Positions 20,180-29,726 of a DNA stretch of 64,000 bases are shown one piece after another. This stretch comes from Chloroflexota bacterium (GTDB taxonomy: Bacteria; Chloroflexota; Dehalococcoidia; Lucifugimonadales; UBA3495), in assembly GCA_028875055.1 (NCBI GenBank), contig JAPPGG010000069.1:1140-65139 (forward strand). Reading direction: 5' to 3'. Below the pieces are notes generated by a model. It was not told the DNA's origin and ran no database searches. It worked only from the letters and a program-made list of their open reading frames with translations. Every line of letters starts with the position of its first letter. Position 1 is the stretch's first letter. A program made the translations under genes and the position numbers.

Positions 20180-20449
20180 ATGACCCGTTTCATCGCAATT
20201 CACAATGTGCCCGGAATAACTGAGGAAGATTTCCGGGACAAGCTGAACGCCGTTCGCAAGTGGCGCCCCGACCGCCGCACCACCATCCTGAAGGTGTATG
20301 GCGACCTGGAAAACGGCCGCCTCGTTTCCGAATGCGAGGCAGTCGAACAGGCCCACTTTGAGGACTGGATTAACCTGGTAGGCTGGCCCGTGGAATCCAT
20401 CCACAAGGTCGATGTGGTCTGCCAGGTAGGCAACTTCTGGAAGTTATGA
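20180..20449 (+). CDS. Small DUF4242/SCO4226-like protein
   Basis: MTRFIAIHNVPG...CEA...GWPVESIHKV; RBS GAGGT. Confidence 0.55.
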   Translation: MTRFIAIHNVPGITEEDFRDKLNAVRKWRPDRRTTILKVYGDLENGRLVSECEAVEQAHFEDWINLVGWPVESIHKVDVVCQVGNFWKL

Positions 20450-20498
20450 AGTCACGTTGATTAGTTATTTCGCTGCCATTTTCCTTGGGGAAGTCATG

Positions 20499-20525
20499 AA
20501 GGGCGGGAACAACTCCCGCCCTTTT
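20499..20525. terminator. Intrinsic terminator between convergent genes
   Basis: AAGGGCGGGA-acaac-TCCCGCCCTTTT. Confidence 0.75.
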
Positions 20526-20547
20526 CGCTTTTTGGCCCTTGTCCTTT

Positions 20548-21537
20548 TCACTGATGGCCGCTGGGAGGTTCAATGTCCAGGGAGAGATGAGGTACCTCAT
20601 CCGCCCAACTCCAGCCGCGCATCCGGTCTATCTTTTCTCCAGGGTGATATGCCTGCTGGTAGTTGGAGCAGATTTCCGCGCCCAGGGTCAGTATCAGCGC
20701 GGAAAGGAACACCCAGAGCAGGAACACGATGGTAGAAGCAATTGACCCGTAGAGGACGTCGTATTGGCCATAGTGGTGCAGGTATTCGTTAAATATCTCC
20801 TTTCCAACTTCGAAGAGGAGTGAGGCAGCAAGTGTTCCGACCCAAACGTAACGCCACTTCATTTCGCAGTTGGGCAGATACCGGTAAATCAGCAGGAACC
20901 CCACCGCCGTCACCGACCAGGACGCCAGCCTGACCAGCGTGTTTAGCAGGCCCGAATCGCGGATGGCCTCCTGGTAGGTCGCCCCCAGGTCCACATTCAA
21001 GAGGACCTGGCTGAAGGAGGTCACCAGCAGCCAGAAGATGAAATACAGGCCAAAGGTGAACAGGAACATGATGTGTTCCATCCGGTGTACGTGGAAGGGC
21101 TGGCCCTGGTAAATGCCCCAGGCCCGGTTCACAACCCTGCTTATGGAGCCAAACACCGAACTCGAGGACCACAGGAGTCCCGCGACTGCAATGAGGATCA
21201 GTTCCACCCTGTGGGACTCGATGAAGACTATATTGCTGGCAATCAGGTGGTCGGAACCGGGCAGATTGCCCACCACAAACTCGAGCAATTTAGCCTGGAC
21301 AATTTCGGCCTCCAGGAAGAGTCCTGAAATTACCATCACCCCCAGCAGGAAGGGGAAGATCCCGAAAATTGAGTAGTAAGCTACTCCGGCCGCCAGGTGA
21401 TTGGCGTCCCTGGTGACCATATTCAAGGTGACGTGGGCCGCAATCTTGATCGGCCGGTGCCGCATCAACGAATGGCCCCACGCCCACTTCTTGATCCTGT
21501 GGGTGGTGTCTTTCAGTATTGAGACCGGGCTTGCCAT
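20548..21537 (-). CDS. YihY/virulence factor BrkB family membrane protein
   Basis: LAAGVAYYSIFGIFP, IYRYLP, LYGSIA..IVFLLW....LILTLGAE. Confidence 0.9.
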   Translation of the reverse strand: MASPVSILKDTTHRIKKWAWGHSLMRHRPIKIAAHVTLNMVTRDANHLAAGVAYYSIFGIFPFLLGVMVISGLFLEAEIVQAKLLEFVVGNLPGSDHLIASNIVFIESHRVELILIAVAGLLWSSSSVFGSISRVVNRAWGIYQGQPFHVHRMEHIMFLFTFGLYFIFWLLVTSFSQVLLNVDLGATYQEAIRDSGLLNTLVRLASWSVTAVGFLLIYRYLPNCEMKWRYVWVGTLAASLLFEVGKEIFNEYLHHYGQYDVLYGSIASTIVFLLWVFLSALILTLGAEICSNYQQAYHPGEKIDRMRGWSWADEVPHLSLDIEPPSGHQ

Positions 21538-21603
21538 CTGATCCTGCTACTCACCCCAACAGGGGAACCTGGTTCCGGCGTTGAGTGTCCGGATTCACCC
21601 TGG

Positions 21604-22056
21604 TTACTTTAGCATTCCCGGTGGCCACCATCGGAAGGAGACTTGTCCCACCATCAGGCTCAGCGGCACTGGCCCGAATCTTCGACTGTCCTCACTGTCC
21701 GCCCGGTTGTCTCCCATGACAAAGATCTCGTCTGTATCGTTGACCCACTGGGTTGCGCCCAGGGCCGGTGTCTCAGTACCTTTCGGCAGGTAGGGTTCCG
21801 CCAGGGCCGCCCCATTTACTTCCACCACGCCCTTGTTGAGGGCCACATGCTCACCGGGCAATCCGGTAACGCGCTTGATGTAAATGCTCCCCGGCCGCAG
21901 CGGGTGCCTGAAGGCTACTATCTTCCCCCGCAATCCCTCCCGGGAGGATGATCTGGACAGGGGCCGCGTCTGGACCAACTGACCGCTGCTCAAGGTCGGC
22001 GCCATGCTGTCTCCCCTGACTCGCAGCAGCCTCCATTCCTTCCATGAATCAAGCAC
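21604..22056 (-). CDS. lepB: Signal peptidase I (S26), apparently without an N-terminal membrane anchor
   Basis: GDSMAPTL (Ser), YIKRV.GLPG (Lys), GDNRADSEDSRRFG. Confidence 0.85.
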   Translation of the reverse strand: MLDSWKEWRLLRVRGDSMAPTLSSGQLVQTRPLSRSSSREGLRGKIVAFRHPLRPGSIYIKRVTGLPGEHVALNKGVVEVNGAALAEPYLPKGTETPALGATQWVNDTDEIFVMGDNRADSEDSRRFGPVPLSLMVGQVSFRWWPPGMLK

Positions 22057-22348
22057 TCAAATTTGCTCCCGAACTCCGGCAGTTGAGCCCCGCATTCCCC
22101 TCCCTGCGCCTGAATAGCCAACCGGGTTCAGCTGGCTGTTACTAACACCCCCGCCACCCGTGCCGGCGGTAGGCCGGAACGGGTCTGAACTGGCTTCACC
22201 GGCCGCCTCAGGATGCACTGCCTGCCCGTTGCAGGATACCTTATACGCGCCCTGACCGATCGGCCAGTGAAAATGGTAACTTGCGCCAACTGACCTTGGC
22301 AACCCGAGGCGACGGCGCGTGAGACTTCAGACTCTGGTGGGGTCTCCA

Positions 22349-22395
22349 TGCCAGCCAGCCCCGTCATATCGGCGAAAGTCGCAAGCCAGGAATCC
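22349..22395 (+). repeat. Degenerate copy of the CGTC REP found at 18606-18652
   Basis: TGCCAGCCAGCCCCGTCATATCGGCGAAAGTCGCAAGCCAGGAATCC vs TGCCAGTCAACCCCGTCATCCCGGCGAATGCCGGTATCCAGGAGTCC. Confidence 0.6.
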
Positions 22396-22515
22396 CTTTC
22401 ATCAAAATGCGCCTGTTCCTTTGGCCTGTCCATCCCGGATGACAATGCCCATTGCCTGCCCTATAATCTGGCCCCACAGCAACACCCACATTTGGTCCCC
22501 GTTAGGAGGTTTTCC

Positions 22516-23553
22516 GTGGCTAATGAGTCTGTTCGATTGGGGCTAATCGGCGCGGGGCGAAACACCCGCGATCGCCATATCCCCGGTTTTCTTAACGTCG
22601 AGGGAGTGGAGCTGGCCGCGGTTGCCAACCGCAGCCGTGAGTCGGGCCAGCGGGTGGCCGACTCCTTTAACATCCCCACCGTCTATGACAACTGGCGAGA
22701 CCTTCTGGACGACCCGTCCATCGACGCCATCTGCATCGGCACCTGGCCTTATATGCACCGCAACTTGACCCTGGCTGCCCTGGAAAAGGGCAAGCACGTC
22801 CTCACCGAGGCTCGAATGGCCGCCAACGCCCGCGAGGCCCGGGAAATGCTCGAAGCTTCCAGGAACCACCCCGAGCTCGTCACCCAGATAGTGCCCGGGC
22901 CATCCACCTTCAAGGTGGACAACCTTATCCAGCAGAAGATTGCCGAGGGTTACCTGGGCGACCTGTTGGCAGTGGAGGTCCAGGTAGTCACGTCAGCCTT
23001 TGTGGACCCCGGCGCTCCGCTGCACTGGCGACATAACCGCACCTTCAGCGGCTACAACATTATGAACATGGGCATCTGGTACGAGTGCCTGATTCGCTGG
23101 ACCGGCCCGGCTACCCGCGTCATGGCCATGTCCAGGGTCAACGTCCCCAAGCGCCTGGATGAAGACGGGACCATGGAGGCAGTTACCATACCCGACCACG
23201 TTGACATTCTCATGGAGTTCTCCAACGGCGCCCAGGGCCACATGCGGGTCAGCGTTGTAACCGGCCTTGCCCGGGGCGCCGAAGCCTGGCTTCACGGCAG
23301 CCAGGGCACCCTGCACGTGGACCCGGGTCTCAACGTGTTCGGCGGTCAACGGGGGGACAGCCAGCTTGAGGAAATTCCCAACCCGCCCGAAAACCAGTAT
23401 GGCTGGCGCGTGGAAGAGGAATTCATCAGCGCTATTCGCGGGCTGGAACCGGTAACCCACACTCCCTTTGACGTGGGCCTGCATTACATGGAGTTCACCG
23501 AGGCCGTTACCCGCAGCGCCCAGACGGGGCAGGCCATCTCGCTCCCGCTGTAG
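22516..23553 (+). CDS. Gfo/Idh/MocA family oxidoreductase
   Basis: LGLIGAG, IDAICIGT, GKHVLTEARMA; GTG start after AGGAGG. Confidence 0.9.
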   Translation: MANESVRLGLIGAGRNTRDRHIPGFLNVEGVELAAVANRSRESGQRVADSFNIPTVYDNWRDLLDDPSIDAICIGTWPYMHRNLTLAALEKGKHVLTEARMAANAREAREMLEASRNHPELVTQIVPGPSTFKVDNLIQQKIAEGYLGDLLAVEVQVVTSAFVDPGAPLHWRHNRTFSGYNIMNMGIWYECLIRWTGPATRVMAMSRVNVPKRLDEDGTMEAVTIPDHVDILMEFSNGAQGHMRVSVVTGLARGAEAWLHGSQGTLHVDPGLNVFGGQRGDSQLEEIPNPPENQYGWRVEEEFISAIRGLEPVTHTPFDVGLHYMEFTEAVTRSAQTGQAISLPL

Positions 23554-23585
23554 GGACGGTGATACCGGCCGGCACATGGTAAGCA

Positions 23586-23621
23586 AATGCCCCGCCCGGA
23601 GATTCTCCGGCGCGGGGCATT
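23586..23621. terminator. GC-rich intergenic hairpin
   Basis: AATGCCCCGC-CCGGAG att CTCCGG-CGCGGGGCATT. Confidence 0.5.
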
Positions 23622-23646
23622 CATGCTCTGACAGGAGTCTTCAGCC

Positions 23647-24102
23647 ATGCACGTACCTGAGAAAATCGAGCCCGCCAGCCTCGCCGACTACCTGGAGATC
23701 ATGAGCAAGTCGGTCTTCCAGTCCGGGATTTCCTGGCGCGTCGTGGAGTCCAAGTGGCCCGGGGTCCGTGAAGCCATGCGCGGCTTCGACCCCAGGAGTG
23801 TCGCCGCCCTTGCCGACCCGGAACTGGACGAACTTGCCCAGGACTCCCGCATGATTCGGCACCGCCGCAAGCTGACGGCCATATCCGCCAACGCCCAAAA
23901 GATGCTCGACCTGGAGACCCTGCACGGCTCCTTCCAGGGTTATCTGCGCTCCCATGGCAGCTTCGACGCTACCCTGCAGTCCATCCGCAAGGAGTTCAAG
24001 TACATGGGCGACTCCGGAACGTACCATTTCCTCTACACCGTCGGCGAAGAGGTTCCGCCCTACGAGGAATGGTGCGCCACCCACGAGCGCAAGCGGCGTT
24101 AG
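23647..24102 (+). CDS. DNA-3-methyladenine glycosylase I family (Tag-like, short)
   Basis: VFQSGISW, GFDP..VA, IRHRRK...I..NA, KEFKYMG, FLYTVG. Confidence 0.8.
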   Translation: MHVPEKIEPASLADYLEIMSKSVFQSGISWRVVESKWPGVREAMRGFDPRSVAALADPELDELAQDSRMIRHRRKLTAISANAQKMLDLETLHGSFQGYLRSHGSFDATLQSIRKEFKYMGDSGTYHFLYTVGEEVPPYEEWCATHERKRR

Positions 24103-24140
24103 GACCATTGTCGCTGACGATGCCTTGCAACTCCCGGTGG

Positions 24141-25526
24141 CTACTTGCGGCGCTGGTCCCGGTAATTGGGTGCGGTAATAGGGTGCCAGTCCACCATGGT
24201 CCCATCAACCAGTCTGGAACCGATCCGGGGCTTCATTGCTTCGAGTTCCTGAATGTTGAAGACTGACGTAATAATGGTGGGCAGCCTGGCGTCGTAGCGA
24301 TATACCACGATTTGATACAGTTTTTCCTCGGCCCAGGGGGTGCTGCTTTCCGTACCCAGATCGTCCAATACCAGCAACGGAACTGTCTTTACCTCTTCGA
24401 AAAGTTCGTCGTAGGCAATGAGGCTGTCTGGGCTGAAAGTACCCCTCAGATGGTCCAGGAGCGAAGGGACAAAGGCGTAAAATGCCTGCCGGCCCTGTCG
24501 CTCACTCTCACCGAGTATGGCGGCTGCCAGGTGAGTTTTTCCGCATCCCCGAGGTCCGGTAAGGAGCAGCCAGCCGCTGGGACTGACCGCAAACCCTCTT
24601 GCAGCTTCAAGGGCCCGCGCCAGCGATTCACGGCCTTCCAGGTCGGTGTCGGCCCTTCCGTAAACGTCAAAGGAATCCAGCGTCATTCGAAGCTGCATTT
24701 CCTCCGGCATAGCGCCTATCCGTCTTGAAAGCCGGGAATTGTTCTCTCCCAGCCTGAACACCCTGGAGAAATCGCTTTGGGACTCCATCCGTGTCCTCAA
24801 GCCTTCGTCCAGTCGGTCCAGAGACCCACGAACAGTAATGATGGTGGGAAGAGACTCGTTGAAGCGGTGGCTGATTATCTGGAACAGCTTTTCCTTTGCC
24901 CAGGGAGTTGTAACCTGGGCTGAAAGGTCGTCCAGCACCAGAAGAGGCGCGTTTCTGACGTGCTCGAACAACTCGTCATATGTAAGGTCGCTGTCGGGAG
25001 CATAGGTAGCTCTCAAGTGGTCCAGCAAGTCTGCGGCCACGATAAAGTAGGTGGGAAGCCCCTGCTCGATGCAGCGGTTGGCGATTGCAACAGCGAGGTG
25101 GGTTTTTCCGCTGCCGCTCGGACCCGAGAACACCATCCATCCTTTCGGGTCCTCCGAAAAGTCTTCGGCAGCTGCCAATGCTTCCCGAAAAAGAGATGAG
25201 CCGGCGGCGTTGAGCAGAATACCTTCCGGGCGGGTGTTTTCGAAGGTTGTTCGCCGAAGAGCGCCCAGGTTACTGTAGCGGCTCAGGGCATGCGTCCGCT
25301 GTTCCGTATCCTGTCGTTGCTGGCAGCGGCAGGGAAAGGCTTCACCGAAGTCGGGATGCCCTACCGGAACCCGCTTGCTGACCCAACCTGCCCCATTACA
25401 TATAGGGCAGTCGGTCTCTTCGTTCTCGTCAGGGGCAATGCTGCGAAGGCCCGCCCTATCTCCGTTGAAAGTCTTCTGGAATTCGCGAGCGGCCATCCTT
25501 TTCAGAATGTCTCCCAGGCTCTCCAT
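24141..25526 (-). CDS. DnaC/DnaI-like helicase loader with two tandem AAA+ domains
   Basis: CPIC...CRC Zn motif; Walker A GPSGSGKT and GPRGCGKT; Walker B LLVLDDL twice; ATG at 25526 after GGGAGG. Confidence 0.88.
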   Translation of the reverse strand: MESLGDILKRMAAREFQKTFNGDRAGLRSIAPDENEETDCPICNGAGWVSKRVPVGHPDFGEAFPCRCQQRQDTEQRTHALSRYSNLGALRRTTFENTRPEGILLNAAGSSLFREALAAAEDFSEDPKGWMVFSGPSGSGKTHLAVAIANRCIEQGLPTYFIVAADLLDHLRATYAPDSDLTYDELFEHVRNAPLLVLDDLSAQVTTPWAKEKLFQIISHRFNESLPTIITVRGSLDRLDEGLRTRMESQSDFSRVFRLGENNSRLSRRIGAMPEEMQLRMTLDSFDVYGRADTDLEGRESLARALEAARGFAVSPSGWLLLTGPRGCGKTHLAAAILGESERQGRQAFYAFVPSLLDHLRGTFSPDSLIAYDELFEEVKTVPLLVLDDLGTESSTPWAEEKLYQIVVYRYDARLPTIITSVFNIQELEAMKPRIGSRLVDGTMVDWHPITAPNYRDQRRK

Positions 25527-26253
25527 GCTGCCTCCCGTCCCCTTCCCATAGGGTCGCACCTGCTTTTACTCCCACACCGGGCTGCGGGCCCGGGCGTGCT
25601 TCTTCTGCTGGCTCCATCCCGCCCCTGCCCTCGGCGGCCCACCGCCGCAGAATGCCGGCGATGTAACGCCATGACCGCTTGTTCTCAAAGATGGCCGTGC
25701 TGAACGCTTCCTCTATCCAGCGGGGAGGGTAGCGCTCTTCGGCCTCGGCCAGTTGTTGCGCCATCATCGGCCCAATGGTGCCGATATTGTTTTCGTAAAG
25801 GTCGTAAATGCTGCTTCCGTCGGCTCCGGCCCGGGGTCGTTTCTCCCCCGCTTCCGGGGTGGCCGGGCTGCTGGCAGCGGGTGCAAGGCCCTCCAAGCGG
25901 TTTGACAATGCCTTCCGGTTCCCGTCTGTATTCAGCAAGTAAAATCGTTCCGTCGCGTCTTCGTTGGTCTGGCGCAGCAGAGTGCCCCGCGTCACCCCCA
26001 GGGCCAGGGCCTGCCGGATGTGGTCATGCGGGTTGCCTCCCATGCCCTGCAGCGCCGCCAGCATGGTAGAGTCTGAAAGCAGGTCTCGCTCCGCCACGTA
26101 CCTCACCGGTCCCCGCTGCTGCCCCAGCAACCAGATCAGGCGCAGGATAACCTTCAACTCCGCCAGGTCTTCGATTTCTTCCAGCAGCGAGTTGAACACG
26201 GGATCGGGCACCGCAGTGGCCCGAACGTTTCGGGGGAATCCTTCAAACGGCAT
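25456..26253 (-). CDS. DnaD domain replication protein
   Basis: LAELKV.L N-terminal region; IYDLYENNIG...WIEEAF..A...NKRSWRYI.GILRRW. Confidence 0.88.
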   Translation of the reverse strand: MPFEGFPRNVRATAVPDPVFNSLLEEIEDLAELKVILRLIWLLGQQRGPVRYVAERDLLSDSTMLAALQGMGGNPHDHIRQALALGVTRGTLLRQTNEDATERFYLLNTDGNRKALSNRLEGLAPAASSPATPEAGEKRPRAGADGSSIYDLYENNIGTIGPMMAQQLAEAEERYPPRWIEEAFSTAIFENKRSWRYIAGILRRWAAEGRGGMEPAEEARPGPQPGVGVKAGATLWEGDGRQHGEPGRHSEKDGRSRIPEDFQRR

Positions 26254-26255
26254 GG

Positions 26256-27626
26256 CTAGAAGTCGTCGTCCCGCCCCAGTGCGTCAAAGCGCACCAGGTT
26301 GTTACGGAAGCGCATTTTTACCGCCCCGGTTGGTCCGTGCCTGTGCTTGGCAACAATTATCTCCGCGATATTCCTGGGGAAGGGCCGGTCGGGAAAATGC
26401 TGCTCCCATTCCTCCTCAGTGTAGTACACGTCCTCCCGGTAGATAAACATAACAATGTCAGCATCCTGCTCGATACTGCCGCTGTCTCTCAGGTCCGAGA
26501 GCAGGGGGCGGTGGCCTGGCCGTCCTTCCACCACCCGGCTCAGTTGCGAGCAGGTGATGATGGGCAGGCGCAAGTCCCTGGCGATGCCCTTCAGGTTGCG
26601 GGAAATCTCGCTGATTTCCTGGACCCGGTTCTCCGTGCCTCTTATCCGCCCCTGGCCCTGGATCAATTGCAGGTAGTCCACAATCAGGAGGTCCAGGCCC
26701 TCCGGGCTCAGGGACAGCCGGCGGGCCTTGCTGCGCATTTCAGGGATGCCCTGGAAGGGAGTGTCATCAATGAACACCGGCAATTCGGAAAGATTGCCGA
26801 TGGAGTCAATAATCCGCTGTTCCTCCGCCTCTGTGTACAGGCCCAGGCGCAGCCGGTGGGCGTCCACTTCCGCGTCTCCCGCCAGGATGCGCAGGGCCAG
26901 CTGCTCCCGGCTCATTTCCAGGCTGAAGATGCCCACTGTGGAACCCTGCCGGGCCGCGTTGATGGAAACGTTTATGGCCAGCGCGCTCTTGCCCAGCCCC
27001 GGGCGCGCCCCCAAAATCAGCATATCGGACCGCTGCATTCCGCCCAGTAATTCATCCAGGTCGTTATAACCCGTCAGCACCGGCGCGGTGTCATCCAGCG
27101 GGTCGGCGATGGAAGCCCTTTCCTCAAGGAACTGGTCATAAATCTGGCGTAAGGGAATGAACCCGCGTTCCTGCCGCCGGGTTCGGACATTGAAGAGCAG
27201 GTCTTCCGCCTGTCTTAGCGTGCTCTCCACGTCATCGCTGTCCCGGTAGCCTATGGCGGAAATGCCGGAGCCGGCTTCTATCAGCCGCCGCATGGTAGAG
27301 GTGTTGTACACCACCTGCGCGTAGTAGTTGGCGTGGGACGAAGTGGGTGTGGTGGAGATCAGGTGACTGAGGTACGCCATGCCGCCGGCGTTTTCCAGGT
27401 TGTCGGTCCGGTGCAACTCCCGGGCGACGGTTATCTGGTCGATGGCGTCGCCCCGGCGGAATAGTTCGGCGCAGGCGGCAAAGCACAGCCGATTGCGGTC
27501 TCGGTAAAAGTCATCGGGCGAAATCAGGTGGGAGATGTCGAGAAAAGAGTCGCTGTCAATCAACAGCGACCCTATCACCGCCTCCTCCGCCTCAATATTG
27601 TGGGGAAGGAGTTGCTCCGCGTACAT
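26256..27626 (-). CDS. dnaB: Replicative DNA helicase
   Basis: PHNIEAEEAVIG, GARPGLGKS, FSLEM, VDYLQL, SQLSR, SDLRDSGSIEQDAD, KHRHGPTG. Confidence 0.97.
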   Translation of the reverse strand: MYAEQLLPHNIEAEEAVIGSLLIDSDSFLDISHLISPDDFYRDRNRLCFAACAELFRRGDAIDQITVARELHRTDNLENAGGMAYLSHLISTTPTSSHANYYAQVVYNTSTMRRLIEAGSGISAIGYRDSDDVESTLRQAEDLLFNVRTRRQERGFIPLRQIYDQFLEERASIADPLDDTAPVLTGYNDLDELLGGMQRSDMLILGARPGLGKSALAINVSINAARQGSTVGIFSLEMSREQLALRILAGDAEVDAHRLRLGLYTEAEEQRIIDSIGNLSELPVFIDDTPFQGIPEMRSKARRLSLSPEGLDLLIVDYLQLIQGQGRIRGTENRVQEISEISRNLKGIARDLRLPIITCSQLSRVVEGRPGHRPLLSDLRDSGSIEQDADIVMFIYREDVYYTEEEWEQHFPDRPFPRNIAEIIVAKHRHGPTGAVKMRFRNNLVRFDALGRDDDF

Positions 27627-27629
27627 TTC

Positions 27630-28079
27630 CTACTCTTCTATTTCGGCGACAATGTTTATCGTAGCGGTAATATCCGCCGACAAACGCAGTACTGCCTCGT
27701 ACTCTCCCGGCTCGCGGATGGGATCGATGGTGGAAACCAGGCGTCGGTCTATTTCCCGTTCCAACGTTTCCGACAGACATTCGGCAATCCGGGTGTCCGT
27801 TATGGCCCCGTAGTACCGTCCCGTGGGCGTAACCCTCGCAGCCACGTTGACGGTGGTGTTGTCCAGAATCTGGGCCAGTTCCTCCATCACCTGGGTCTCC
27901 CTGGCTCGCTGCTGGTCGCCGGCAACCTTGATCTTGTGGGCGCGCTTCAGTATCTCCGGGGTCGCCACTTCGGCCAGGCCCTTCGGAATCAGGTAGTTCC
28001 TGGCGTACCCGTCGGCTACCCGCTTTATGTCACCGGCATGGGCCTGGTTGGCCACATCCTGCAGGAAAATTACTTGCAT
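27630..28079 (-). CDS. rplI: 50S ribosomal protein L9
   Basis: MQVIFLQDV...[15 protein letters not shown]; GRYYGAIT; start at ATG 28079. Confidence 0.95.
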   Translation of the reverse strand: MQVIFLQDVANQAHAGDIKRVADGYARNYLIPKGLAEVATPEILKRAHKIKVAGDQQRARETQVMEELAQILDNTTVNVAARVTPTGRYYGAITDTRIAECLSETLEREIDRRLVSTIDPIREPGEYEAVLRLSADITATINIVAEIEE

Positions 28080-28462
28080 AGCGTTTACCTTTCTTGGCTC
28101 ATAAGCATATTTGGTCACGCCATTATACCGGAAAAACGCTCTCCCAACACCCGGCCCATTCCTCGGAACAGGGCAATAACCCGGCAATTTCCGTTTAAAC
28201 TTGGCCCGGGCCGGCAGCAGAGGTCCCTGTTGCCCCGACCCTGCCGAAGGATCTGAACTCCTGGCTGGCAACGGGGTCGGGCCGTCCTGAGTCCCGCAGC
28301 AAGGCCGGAAATCCTTGCCGGCATCCCCTACCCGAAATCCCGTGCCGGAAGCGGATACCGGGGACACCGGTACCAGCGAACTGCCGTGGCCGTAATTTCC
28401 ACCTTTTCAACTCGCCTGACCCGTGCTTACCATAATCTCATAGCATGTGAAGACTTCGGGAG

Positions 28463-28619
28463 TTTTGCCGGTTACTCATAGAAACTCGCAGACTTCCTCA
28501 TTCTACGAAATAGCCGTAGCTGAGCAGCCGCAGCCTTTGGCCTTCGGTGGGCAGTCAGCCCCGGCTCTCTCAGCTACAAAATGAGGTCAGATGAGAGCAG
28601 CTGGAGAGAAAAAGCAAAA
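28463..28619. ncRNA. Candidate structured RNA (long bulged hairpin)
   Basis: Nested pairs TTTTGC/GCAAAA, CTCAT/ATGAG, CCTCATT/AATGAGG, GTAGCTGAG/CTCAGCTAC, AGCCG/CGGCT. Confidence 0.3.
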
Positions 28620-28871
28620 ATTGTAATTTCCCTGACCTCCACTGCATTCCCGCACCCTGGTCTATCCGCGCCCTGGCCATTTCAGGAGCGAGACGGAGCG
28701 CCCTCAAGTGGAAGGTGCGGCGAAAACCCACGCCAGATGCGACGACGAATTCGGTCTGCTCTCTCGCCGGCAGCCAGGAACCAGTCCAATTGACCCTGGT
28801 TATTCTAGCAGGCTATGATTTCCGAACATTCAGGCCTTCCGGGCTTCCGGAACTTCAGACGGAGAACACCC

Positions 28872-29540
28872 ATGTCCTTTACCGACGACATTGAACTCAG
28901 GGCCCTGCCCATCCGCCAGGCTATCCTGGCCCATCCCTTTGTGGTGGGAGTGGGCAGCGGCGCCCTGGAGGTGGAGAAGTTCAAGCACTATGTGCTCCAG
29001 GACTACGTTTACCTCATCGACTACAGTCGGGTCCTGGCCCTGGCGGCCGCCCGCGCGCCGGAACTGGACACAATGGCCTGGTTCGCCCGCCTGCTGGACG
29101 AGACTCTCAACGTGGAAATGGACCTGCACCGCAGCTATTGCGCCGAGTTCGGCATAACCACAGTGGAGCTGGAAACGACCTCCCCCTCGCCCACAACCGT
29201 GGCCTACACCTCCTACCTGCTGAACGTGGCTCACCAGGGCAGCTTCCCCGAACTGGTGGCCTCCCTGGTACCCTGCCAATGGGGCTACTGGGAAATCGGC
29301 GACCATCTGGCCCGACAGGGCGAACCTCCGGACGCGCCCCTCTACAGTCAGTGGATCCAGATGTACACATCCCCTGAGTTTACCGAACTGGCCGGCTCCA
29401 TCCGCAACCTGGTCAACCGCCTTGCCGACAGATCCGGCCCCGCCGAAATTGAGGCCATGGGCAATGCCTACCTCACCAGCCTGCGGTTCGAGTACATGTT
29501 CTGGGAAATGGCGAACAGCCTCGAAATATGGCCCGTCTGA
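28872..29540 (+). CDS. tenA: Thiaminase II / aminopyrimidine aminohydrolase
   Basis: HPFV, FKHYVLQDY.YL, catalytic Cys in PCQWGY, EYMFWEM. Confidence 0.92.
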   Translation: MSFTDDIELRALPIRQAILAHPFVVGVGSGALEVEKFKHYVLQDYVYLIDYSRVLALAAARAPELDTMAWFARLLDETLNVEMDLHRSYCAEFGITTVELETTSPSPTTVAYTSYLLNVAHQGSFPELVASLVPCQWGYWEIGDHLARQGEPPDAPLYSQWIQMYTSPEFTELAGSIRNLVNRLADRSGPAEIEAMGNAYLTSLRFEYMFWEMANSLEIWPV

Positions 29541-29675
29541 CCAGGACTGAAGATCATCAAGGGCCACTCCTCCAGGCCGGCAATAAGGGAACGTTGAAGG
29601 CGGTCCAAAGCGCTTCAGCTGTCGATGTGGAAGTTGTAAGAGTTCAGAAATGGTGTGTTACAAGGCAGGAAAACT

Positions 29676-29703
29676 CGTCGTTCCCGCGCAGACGGGAACC
29701 TGG
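29676..29703 (+). repeat. CGTC-type REP-like palindrome
   Basis: CGTCGTTCCCGCGCAGACGGGAACCTGG. Confidence 0.6.
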
Positions 29704-29726
29704 AACCTGTGCAAGTCGTGGGTTGG

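Noticed and set aside
24141-25526. IS21 IstB helper ATPase
   Set aside because: No IstA and no IRs; it sits in the dnaB-dnaD operon and has a Zn motif, so a helicase loader is the better call.
27630-28367. 245-aa extended L9
   Set aside because: L9 homology starts at ATG 28079; the extension covers promoter sequence.
28441-28620. tmRNA, SRP RNA or glycine riboswitch
   Set aside because: No tRNA-like ends and no SRP GGAA loop motif; only fragmentary glycine-aptamer-like words on the minus strand.
28620-28871. TPP riboswitch before tenA
   Set aside because: No CTGAGA or GAACCTGAT core motifs seen.
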